A stretch of DNA of 63,363 nucleotides from NCBI GenBank assembly GCA_045633245.1, contig JAZQYA010000015.1, positions 1-63,363 of the forward strand. Reading direction: 5' to 3'. Shown here one piece after another: positions 39,026-46,185 of the stretch. The notes beneath the pieces were generated by a model. It worked only from the letters and a program-made list of their open reading frames with translations, was not told the DNA's origin and made no database searches. This stretch comes from Candidatus Onthoplasma sp. Lineage in GTDB: Bacteria > Bacillota > Clostridia > Christensenellales > UBA1242. A program made the translations under genes and the position numbers. Every line of letters begins with the position of its first letter. Position 1 is the stretch's first letter.

Positions 39026-39763
39026 ATGAAAAAAACTTTCAAATGGATTTTATTTAGCACTTTGATTTTATCAATAGGTGCAACTATTGCTATGATGGCA
39101 ATTTATTTACCACAATATACCAAATGGGCAAATTACAGCACAAAAGATTATGAATGTAAGTATAATCAATTTATAAGTTATGATGATGACACACTTGAAA
39201 TTGTTAAAAATGAAGAATTTGGCACACCAATCTATACTTTAAATGTAAGATTGTATAATTTATCAAATAAAGACCAAACTTTAACTTTTAGATTTTGGTT
39301 TACTTGCACCGATACCGAAGGTGAATATTTTGATTATGTAGATAAGGAAATTACTATTCCAAAAGCAAAAAATAATTTTGACGCTGGTCAAATCGATTAT
39401 TCTTGTGAATTATACTATTTTAGTCATTGTTCAAATGTAGAATATGGAGCAGAAGTTCCTTTTAAATATTTGACAAATATAAGTTCAACGGACAATCCAG
39501 AGGGTTCACATTTTGTTGATGAAGTTTTAATCAATAGAGATGGAATTAGAACTGTTAATGGGTTTGAAGTGACAAGCGAACAAGATATGTGCGAAACACT
39601 TTCAACAAATACAGAAATGATGAAACATATTGATAGTATGTGGCAAAGTGCATTTACTGGTGTTATTATTGCATTAAGTTGCACTGGTGGAATTTTTGTG
39701 TTATGCTTAATATTCACAATTATATTATTGCTACCAAACAAAAAGAAGAAAATTGAAGGTTAA
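39026..39763 (+). CDS. bitopic membrane protein, unknown function
   Basis: SD aaaggag; N-terminal TM (WILFSTLILSIGATIAMMAIYL), about 170-aa Cys-containing extracytoplasmic domain, C-terminal TM and a KKKK tail. Confidence 0.65.
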   Translation: MKKTFKWILFSTLILSIGATIAMMAIYLPQYTKWANYSTKDYECKYNQFISYDDDTLEIVKNEEFGTPIYTLNVRLYNLSNKDQTLTFRFWFTCTDTEGEYFDYVDKEITIPKAKNNFDAGQIDYSCELYYFSHCSNVEYGAEVPFKYLTNISSTDNPEGSHFVDEVLINRDGIRTVNGFEVTSEQDMCETLSTNTEMMKHIDSMWQSAFTGVIIALSCTGGIFVLCLIFTIILLLPNKKKKIEG

Positions 39764-39767
39764 TTAA

Positions 39768-41387
39768 ATGAGAGATAATAAAAACTTAAATAAAACCAAT
39801 ATGATATTAAGATTTATACCATTAACATTAATGGTGTTATTAGGCGTATTTATTGTTGTAGTTAATATTCTTGGAACATTAGAACACTATGGCATAATAT
39901 CTAATACTTGGACAATATCAAATTTTAGTTGGTTTAGTTTAATTCTTGCTTTCATTATGGCATTCTGTTTTATTTATTTTCCAATTAGAACTATGATTAA
40001 TTATGTGAAAAGATTTAAAAATAAATCTTTTACAAGAGAAATCAATACTGTTACAATATCAAGTCAATCGACACCAATAAATTTAACAGATGTTGAAGAA
40101 GAACATAATAGAAATTTAAAGCAAACTAATCTTGGTGGAGAAACTCAACAAACGAATACAAAACCAAATAATGTTTTAATTGGCTTCTTGTCTGCTATTA
40201 TTGGTATTTTCGCTTTTGCGGCAATATTGTGCATTATTAACTCAATAGTGCCAGAGCCTTGGATGACAGGAACAATAGATGGCAAACAAATGGATTCTCG
40301 TGGCTCTTGGAAAATTGGACTTTTAATTTTATGTTTCCTACTACCATTTATTTTGTGGTTATCATCTCTACTTAAAACTCATTATGCAATAAAACATAAT
40401 AAACCAATAAAACAATCAATATTTGGTCATTATGCTATGGCTTTCGCTGTTCTTATACCATTAGGTGTTGCTCCATTTATGTTAATAAACGACCCTGCAA
40501 AATTTAAAGAGCCATTAGGCATATTTTATATGTCGTTCCTTGCATTCTTTTTAGTATTATTTACTTATGGATATTTACACGATGTTATTAGTTATAGCTT
40601 AAATAAAAAGTTATTAAATAGCAAGTTGGCTATTAAAAATAAAGCAAGGTATGTTGGTTGTAGATATTCAAACTCTACATCTCAAAATATCAATGGTGTT
40701 CCTACAAGATTAAATGTTAAATATAAAGTTAAATTTGCTTTTACAGATGAAAACGGAATTGAAAGAATTAAAACAAGTGCTGAGGAATATACATTTAAAG
40801 AAGTTGCATATTTAAAGTATAAACAAGAATTTGAAATATTATCTCACAGGAAACGAGCAATTATTGTAGAAGATTTAACTAATATTGAAATACCAAACAA
40901 TGTAAATATTGATGTAGAAAAAACAAATTCAAAAACATTTTTACCTTCTTTTGCAAGAAAAAATAGATGGCTATTAACACTTTTATTAAGTTTTGTAATT
41001 GTTGCTATTTTAGAAATGGCGGGAATTGGAATGTGGGTCAATCCAGAAGGAAACGATACAACAGGAATTGTTTGTGTAATTCTGGGTGTAATAATATTTG
41101 GTTGGTCTATCTACTATTCTGTTCCTAGTATTTTGGCAGAATATAAAGGCAAAGAAACTTATGGAAAACTATTAAAATTGGAAGTTGACCATAGAAGGCG
41201 TAGCGACCACGATACTAATAGAAAATATGCTGTTGTTGACTTAAATGGCGAAACAAAAAATATTTATTTACTTTATGATGAATGGTATTCAGTTCTTGGC
41301 GAATATGTTGGAAAAGAAATACCTTTGAAAGTTTTTGGTAAAACAGCAGTTGTTGATTTTCAAAAAATGTATTCAGATTTAATTTAA
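39768..41387 (+). CDS. polytopic membrane protein with two DUF3592-like soluble modules, unknown function
   Basis: 539 aa, about 8 TM segments. Two TM-flanked beta-rich modules (KYKVKFAFTDENGIERIK..., YGKLLKLEVDHRRRSDHDTNRKYAVVDLNGE...). Starts 4 nt after the upstream gene. Confidence 0.65.
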   Translation: MRDNKNLNKTNMILRFIPLTLMVLLGVFIVVVNILGTLEHYGIISNTWTISNFSWFSLILAFIMAFCFIYFPIRTMINYVKRFKNKSFTREINTVTISSQSTPINLTDVEEEHNRNLKQTNLGGETQQTNTKPNNVLIGFLSAIIGIFAFAAILCIINSIVPEPWMTGTIDGKQMDSRGSWKIGLLILCFLLPFILWLSSLLKTHYAIKHNKPIKQSIFGHYAMAFAVLIPLGVAPFMLINDPAKFKEPLGIFYMSFLAFFLVLFTYGYLHDVISYSLNKKLLNSKLAIKNKARYVGCRYSNSTSQNINGVPTRLNVKYKVKFAFTDENGIERIKTSAEEYTFKEVAYLKYKQEFEILSHRKRAIIVEDLTNIEIPNNVNIDVEKTNSKTFLPSFARKNRWLLTLLLSFVIVAILEMAGIGMWVNPEGNDTTGIVCVILGVIIFGWSIYYSVPSILAEYKGKETYGKLLKLEVDHRRRSDHDTNRKYAVVDLNGETKNIYLLYDEWYSVLGEYVGKEIPLKVFGKTAVVDFQKMYSDLI

Positions 41388-41394
41388 TTTTACT

Positions 41395-41428
41395 AAGACA
41401 TTCAAATTAAATTTTGAGTGTCTTTTTT
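41395..41428 (+). terminator. intrinsic terminator
   Basis: aagacattcaaa ttaaa tttgagtgtctt plus T-run. Confidence 0.85.
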
Positions 41429-41440
41429 ATTAAATGGCAC

Positions 41441-41505
41441 TGTGGCGTGTGCTTGTCTTGATACAAGTGGCGTCGCTTCGCTCCGCCAGACAAGCACACG
41501 CCACA
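41441..41505. repeat. perfect 18-bp inverted repeat (H1), GC-rich
   Basis: tgtggcgtgtgcttgtct (41441-41458) pairs with agacaagcacacgccaca (41488-41505); 29-nt GC-rich loop. Confidence 0.9.
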
Positions 41506-41532
41506 AAACAAAACTAAATTTTGCAACAAAAG

Positions 41533-41603
41533 GGAAACGGAACAAAATGGGGTTCGCACGCAGGCTTTTTTGCGAATCCCCATTTTTTATTGTTCCGTTT
41601 TCC
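41533..41603. repeat. long imperfect palindrome (H2), about 27 bp of pairing
   Basis: ggaaacggaacaaaatggggttcgca ... tgcgaatccccattttttattgttccgttttcc. Confidence 0.85.
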
Positions 41604-41743
41604 TTATTGATATTATACCATAATATTTTTATCGAAATTTTACATAAAATGTCAGGTCTACTCAAATATTACATTTTTTCGTTTAATATATTTATTGACA
41701 TTGAAACTTTGTATTTTTACAAAGTTTAATCAATGTTTTTAAA

Positions 41744-42043
41744 TTGTAATCAAAAACAAATCTCGCTTATGCATCAAGTAATGCAAAGTTAATATCAACT
41801 TATATCAAGTTTTGTAGTGGTAAATGACAAGTTATATCAAATCATGTCATTAACTTTTGAAATTTTAAGTGCTATATTTTTTTCGTAATTAAAAACAAGC
41901 GATTAGCAAAATTTTAAGATTCCTTAGTTTTAGATTGGGTTTTGTTGGGAAACTTTAAGATTTTGTTTGGGTGAAGTTGCTGGTAAAAGAAAAAATTAGC
42001 ACATATAATGAAAGTGTAATTTTGAACATGTTTTTGATTACAA
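41744..42043. repeat. 15-bp inverted repeat pair bracketing the AT-rich region upstream of the Rep module
   Basis: ttgtaatcaaaaaca at 41744-41758; its exact reverse complement tgtttttgattacaa at 42029-42043. Confidence 0.8.
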
Positions 42044-42074
42044 ACAAAATTTATTAAAAGGAGAATATCAAATT

Positions 42075-42209
42075 ATGGATGACAAGAAAAAATTTGTCAT
42101 TCAAAACTTGATAGATGCCAATGGTCTAGACGAATCATTTTATCTTGCACTTTTACATTGCATTATGGAACACCGAAAGAACAAAGAGCAATCTCAAAAG
42201 AAGGTGTAA
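42075..42209 (+). CDS. 44-aa ORF translationally coupled to the Rep gene
   Basis: SD aaaggaga 10 nt upstream; MDDKKKFVIQNLIDANGLDESFYLALLHCIMEHRKNKEQSQKKV; the stop TAA is followed 1 nt later by the Rep ATG (taatatg). Confidence 0.4.
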   Translation: MDDKKKFVIQNLIDANGLDESFYLALLHCIMEHRKNKEQSQKKV

Positions 42210-42210
42210 T

Positions 42211-43158
42211 ATGTCATATGGCGATGCAAAAGTATATTTTGATGGTGGTCATTATATCGCTATTCCACATGTTGAGCAATCACATAAAAGGCGAAAAAGA
42301 ATAACCATTGAAACAAATCAAGTTTTGAATGAAAGTAAGGTAAGTAATGAAAGTATTGCCGTGAAAAATGATAACGAAGTAATGGCAACAGCGAAAATTG
42401 ATTTGAAAGTGCTTTTTGAAACGCTGTATAAAGAGAATTTAGATAAAAAGCCTAGAGAAAGAAATGAAAAGATAATTGAAAGTTTAGAAAAGTATATTGA
42501 AAGTAAAGAAAAGTTAAATGAATTTGTTAAAGTAAATTTAGAGAGAAAGAAAAGAAATTTAATTGAAAGAAGAAAAAGATTTGCAAGAAAAATATATCTT
42601 CAAGAATGGTCGTACTTTTGTACTTTTACTTATGATGATAAGAAACATACGGAAGATACATTTAAAACAAAACTATCTAATTGTTTAAAACATAATTCTA
42701 GTCGTAAGGGTTGGAAATATGCAGGGGTTTGGGAACGAAGTCCACAAAATAACCGACTACATTTTCATGCTCTTGTGTATATACCAGACAAAGATTTAGA
42801 ATTTGTTGAAGTGAAAGATTACTCTACTAAAACTCATAAAATGCAAACAACATATCAAAACAAATACTTTTTAGAAAGATTTGGAAGAAATGACTTTGAA
42901 GAAATCAATCAATTTACAATAAGTGAATCAATTTCATATCTAATGAAATATTTAGGTAAAACTGAAGAACGAATTGTTTATTCAAAAGGATTGCCTACTT
43001 ACTTTATTTCAGACATTATGGATGAAGATATTGTGTGCACTATTGGAATTGAAGATAGAAAGTTGCTCCTATTCGATGACTTTAATTGTTGGGATGAAGG
43101 TGTGCTTGTTGGAAAAGTTTGCAAAGAAACTATTTCTCAGTTAAGAACAGCAAACTAA
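42211..43158 (+). CDS. HUH-superfamily rolling-circle replication initiator / relaxase-like protein
   Basis: motif I FCTFTYD, HUH motif LHFHALVYI, Tyr motif ISYLMKYLGK; no helicase domain. ATG 42211 preferred over the TTG 42145 extension. Confidence 0.65.
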   Translation: MSYGDAKVYFDGGHYIAIPHVEQSHKRRKRITIETNQVLNESKVSNESIAVKNDNEVMATAKIDLKVLFETLYKENLDKKPRERNEKIIESLEKYIESKEKLNEFVKVNLERKKRNLIERRKRFARKIYLQEWSYFCTFTYDDKKHTEDTFKTKLSNCLKHNSSRKGWKYAGVWERSPQNNRLHFHALVYIPDKDLEFVEVKDYSTKTHKMQTTYQNKYFLERFGRNDFEEINQFTISESISYLMKYLGKTEERIVYSKGLPTYFISDIMDEDIVCTIGIEDRKLLLFDDFNCWDEGVLVGKVCKETISQLRTAN

Positions 43159-43163
43159 TTTAT

Positions 43164-43305
43164 CTTTTGCCTTGTGGAGCGTAAACGAAAACTCTTTTTA
43201 GTCAAGGTTAAAGTGTATTGCTTTATGCAAACCTTGACTAAAAAATACATATTTAAAATGTTAAAAATATAATCCCTTTTCGTTTATGTTCGCTCCGTCA
43301 AAAGA
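43164..43305. repeat. nested imperfect palindrome (H3) filling the Rep-recombinase intergenic region
   Basis: inner perfect 15-bp IR tttttagtcaaggtt (43195-43209) / aaccttgactaaaaa (43230-43244). Outer arms: tcttttg, ggagcg, aaacgaaaa pairing with ttttcgttt, cgctcc, caaaaga. Confidence 0.85.
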
Positions 43306-43333
43306 CAAATTAAAGTAAAAAGGAGAAATAGAA

Positions 43334-44839
43334 ATGAAAACAGCTGTTATATATGCTAGATATTCCAGCACCAACCAAACGGAGCAATCAATTGAAGGAC
43401 AAGTTCATGTTTGCGAAGATTATGCAAAAAGAAACGATATTTTAATTGTTGATTCTTACATAGACCGAGCAATTAGTGGTACAACAGATAATAGAGAGTC
43501 TTTCCAACAAATGCTAAAAGATAGCAATAACAAAAAATGGGATTATGTTTTAGTTTACAAATTAGATAGATTTGCAAGAAATAAATTTGAATCAGCAATC
43601 CATAGAAAACACTTAAAAGATAATGGCATTAAGTTATTATCTGCAATGGAAAATATTCCAGAAACACCCGAAGGAATATTACTAGAATCTTTACTAGAAG
43701 GTATGAATCAATATTTTAGTGAAGAACTTGCACAAAAAGTTAGTCGTGGATTACATGAATCAAGATTAAAAGGTCATTGTATTGGCTCTGTACCTTATGG
43801 GTATACTAAAATAAACAAAAAACTTATAATCAATGAAGAAGAAAGTCAAATATTAAATAGAATCTTCAATGATTATAATAGTGGCAAAACTATATTACAA
43901 ATTTCTAAAGATTTAGAAAACGAAAATATTACCAACAATGGACATAAGTTTATACCACAAACCATACGACATTATTTAAAAAGAAAACTATATACTGGCG
44001 AATATGAAATAAATGGCAAACAGTATAACAATATCTACCCACCAATAATAACAAAGGAGTTATTTACAATGGTTAATGAAAAAATTGATAAAAATAGATA
44101 TGGTTGTAGAAAAGATAATCACGAAATATTTAAACTAAAAGATAAAGTATTTTGTGGTTATTGCAATCGTAAAATGTACCCTGTTTCTGCTATATCTTCA
44201 AATGGAACTCATTTAAGATATTATACTTGTATTAGCACTAAAAAAGATAATTGTACTAATAAAAGAATATATAAGGACTTTTTAGAAAGTTGTGTTAACA
44301 AAGTAATTCTAGCAACATTCAATAACCCAACAAATTTAGAATTGATTTCAAGTAAAATTTATGAAGTGCATAAGAAAAGAACTGAAAACAAAAACTCTTT
44401 AAATACATTGAAAAGTGATTTACAAAGAGTTAATACATCAATAGCAAATATTATGTCAGCAATTGAGAAAGGTGTTCTAACTAGCACAACAAAAACACGA
44501 CTTGAAGAACTAGAAAAACAACAAATAGAATTACAACAAAAAGTTATTATAGAACAAGCTAAAGAGAAATATGAGTTAACAAAAGAAGATATTCAAGATT
44601 TCTTTAAATATACAATTAAGGAATTCCCAAACCAAATATTTGATTATCTAGTTAAATTCGTAAGAGTTTATAATGATAAAATAGAGATTGGACTTAATTA
44701 TATGATAAACCCAACAGAAAATGATGCTGAACAGGTAGTACAAAAGGTCTTTACTGAAACCCACGAAACACAAAGAATATTCAAAGGTAATTCAATAAAG
44801 ACAAAAATTGAAGAATATGATATTTATATTATATTGTAA
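43334..44839 (+). CDS. large serine recombinase
   Basis: 501 aa; resolvase catalytic domain (AVIYARYSSTNQ, VLVYKLDRFARN), recombinase domain, Cys-rich zinc ribbon (CGYCNRKMY ... CISTKKDNC), C-terminal coiled coil. Confidence 0.9.
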   Translation: MKTAVIYARYSSTNQTEQSIEGQVHVCEDYAKRNDILIVDSYIDRAISGTTDNRESFQQMLKDSNNKKWDYVLVYKLDRFARNKFESAIHRKHLKDNGIKLLSAMENIPETPEGILLESLLEGMNQYFSEELAQKVSRGLHESRLKGHCIGSVPYGYTKINKKLIINEEESQILNRIFNDYNSGKTILQISKDLENENITNNGHKFIPQTIRHYLKRKLYTGEYEINGKQYNNIYPPIITKELFTMVNEKIDKNRYGCRKDNHEIFKLKDKVFCGYCNRKMYPVSAISSNGTHLRYYTCISTKKDNCTNKRIYKDFLESCVNKVILATFNNPTNLELISSKIYEVHKKRTENKNSLNTLKSDLQRVNTSIANIMSAIEKGVLTSTTKTRLEELEKQQIELQQKVIIEQAKEKYELTKEDIQDFFKYTIKEFPNQIFDYLVKFVRVYNDKIEIGLNYMINPTENDAEQVVQKVFTETHETQRIFKGNSIKTKIEEYDIYIIL

Positions 44840-44843
44840 AAGT

Positions 44844-44887
44844 AAAGAGTATAATTTCAAGCAATTGATTTTATACTCTTTTTTTTA
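44844..44887 (+). terminator. intrinsic terminator after the recombinase
   Basis: aaagagtataa (16-nt loop) ttatactcttt plus T-run. Confidence 0.7.
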
Positions 44888-44907
44888 TTTGCTTAATTTA
44901 TTCCATG

Positions 44908-45037
44908 GTGTTCTTGACACGAGCCTCTCAGAAATGGTAATTCTAGGGCATGCGGTCAAGGGAAAGAAACTGCAAGCAGTTTACTTTTCTTGCCCTTGGC
45001 GATAAGCCTATACCATTTCTTCTCATGTCAAGAACCT
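44908..45037. repeat. about 130-bp imperfect palindrome (H4), GC-rich
   Basis: ggtgttcttgacacgag..gaaatggta..caaggg..ctgcaagcag..cccttg..taccatttc..ctcatgtcaagaacc. Confidence 0.85.
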
Positions 45038-45057
45038 TTCACGGCATAAAGGCAAAT

Positions 45058-45140
45058 AAAAAAAAGAATTAGGACTATCTAAATCCTAACTCTTTTATTC
45101 TGCTAGTTTCAAAGATAAGAAACCTTCCCTTGTTTTTTTG
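45058..45140. repeat. right copy (inverted) of the segment found after proS; includes a hairpin
   Basis: gctagtttcaaa (45102-45113) and ccttgttttt (45128-45137) are exact reverse complements of 38903-38914 and 38876-38885. Hairpin: aattaggac tatctaaa tcctaactc. Confidence 0.5.
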
Positions 45141-45208
45141 TGCATAAATTAGATTTGTCGAAATATATTTAAATATATTGTTTTTTTAATTTTATTTAAT
45201 AAAATTTG

Positions 45209-45237
45209 TTGAACATTTAAAGAAAAATTGTTATAAT
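45209..45237 (+). promoter_or_regulatory. promoter of the 45250 membrane-protein gene
   Basis: TTGAAC, 17-nt spacer, TGtTATAAT; very short (about 5-7 nt) leader to ATG 45250. Confidence 0.5.
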
Positions 45238-45249
45238 TAATTGTCAAAG

Positions 45250-45915
45250 ATGAGAGATATTATTCGAGCTTTTAGAAGGATACCCGAACGCAACAGGACA
45301 ATTGTATATGGCCTTATGTCCCTATTGAAAAACCTGTGTTTTTTTGCGTTTAAAATTATTGTCGGAATAGTTTATAGAACTCCTTTGCTGATTGCTGTTG
45401 CAATTTATAATTTGTTGATTGGGCTAGTAAAAGCAAATTGTTCTAGAGGTTTGTTAAAAAATAAAGATAATTTTAAAGACTGTAAAACTTATATAATAGG
45501 TGGAGCAACGCTATTTCTTTCAAGTATTTTTTATATTATATATACAGCAAATCAAGTTAACATTCCGGTTGATAGACATTTTAACTTGGTGATCGCAATT
45601 TTAATCGCAGGTTTTGCTGCTTTTAGAGTGGTAATGTCTGTTGGTGGATTAATTCGAATTAAAGGTAAAACAATGCTAATTAAAGAGTTTAAAATAACAA
45701 ATTTTGCGATAGCATTAACAAACGTTGTTTTAACACAAATTGCAATTTTATCACTTCTTGAAGTTCCAAACATGCATTATTATAATTCAATTTTTGGTGT
45801 TATTGTTGGATTTATAATTCATGTTTTTGGTTTATATCTTGTGATTAATGGATTACTTCATATTAAGGTTTACACAAGCGGTGTTACAAATAGTAAAAAA
45901 AATAACAAAAATTGA
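45250..45915 (+). CDS. polytopic membrane protein, unknown function
   Basis: about 6 TM helices. ATG 45250 preferred because TTG 45241 lies only 3 nt after the -10 element. Confidence 0.6.
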   Translation: MRDIIRAFRRIPERNRTIVYGLMSLLKNLCFFAFKIIVGIVYRTPLLIAVAIYNLLIGLVKANCSRGLLKNKDNFKDCKTYIIGGATLFLSSIFYIIYTANQVNIPVDRHFNLVIAILIAGFAAFRVVMSVGGLIRIKGKTMLIKEFKITNFAIALTNVVLTQIAILSLLEVPNMHYYNSIFGVIVGFIIHVFGLYLVINGLLHIKVYTSGVTNSKKNNKN

Positions 45916-45932
45916 ACAATTGATAACAAAGA

Positions 45933-45967
45933 AAAAAAGCAATCTAAACATTAGGATTGCTTTTTTA
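45933..45967. terminator. bidirectional hairpin terminator between the membrane-protein gene and the tRNA
   Basis: aaaaagcaatc ... gattgctttttt flanked by an A-run and a T-run. Confidence 0.8.
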
Positions 45968-45998
45968 AAAACAAATTGAGTAATCAATTTGGATTTAC

Positions 45999-46073
45999 TG
46001 GTAGCCTTACGGAGAATTGAACTCCGGTCTCAGCCTTGAGAGGGCCGTGTCCTAACCTCTAGACTATAAGGCC
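45999..46073 (-). tRNA. tRNA-Glu (anticodon CUC)
   Basis: reverse complement folds as a cloverleaf: GGCCTTA TA GTCT AGAGGTTA GGAC A CGGCC CTCTCAA GGCTG AGAC CGGAG TTCAATT CTCCG TAAGGCT A CCA. Glu-type D arm; encoded CCA; G1-U72 pair. Confidence 0.85.
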
Positions 46074-46185
46074 ATAAATTGATATTGAAATATTAACATA
46101 TAAACGATTTTATTTCAAGCACATTTTATGATTTTTTTAAAATTTATAGTCAACTTTACTATTTTATGTTATAATCTTATCAAGA

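Larger units (their letters stand above)
41429..45140 (+). mobile_element. putative small integrated element (Rep-like HUH protein plus large serine recombinase); boundaries approximate
   Basis: mobility genes at 42075-44839 flanked by structured non-coding DNA; local GC-rich palindromes in an AT-rich background; no att sites identified. Confidence 0.55.

Noticed and set aside
41402-41729. ORFs 41402-41665 (minus) and 41418-41729 (plus) as possible element-encoded proteins.
   Set aside because: They mirror each other across the H1 and H2 palindromes and have no SD. Their open frames are explained by the GC-rich inverted repeats, which lack stop codons.
41533-43305. IS200/IS605-like or other HUH ssDNA transposon, with the Rep gene flanked by hairpins H2 and H3.
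   Set aside because: The Rep is about twice the size of IS200-type TnpA and has Rep-type motif I. The H2/H3 similarity is only loose by eye, and a serine recombinase is present as the more likely integration enzyme. This is kept only as a remark within the H3 finding.
44808-45005. ORF 44808-45005 (plus), downstream of and overlapping the recombinase end.
   Set aside because: It overlaps the recombinase 3' end and terminator and then runs through palindrome H4. There is no SD, so it is judged a structural artefact.
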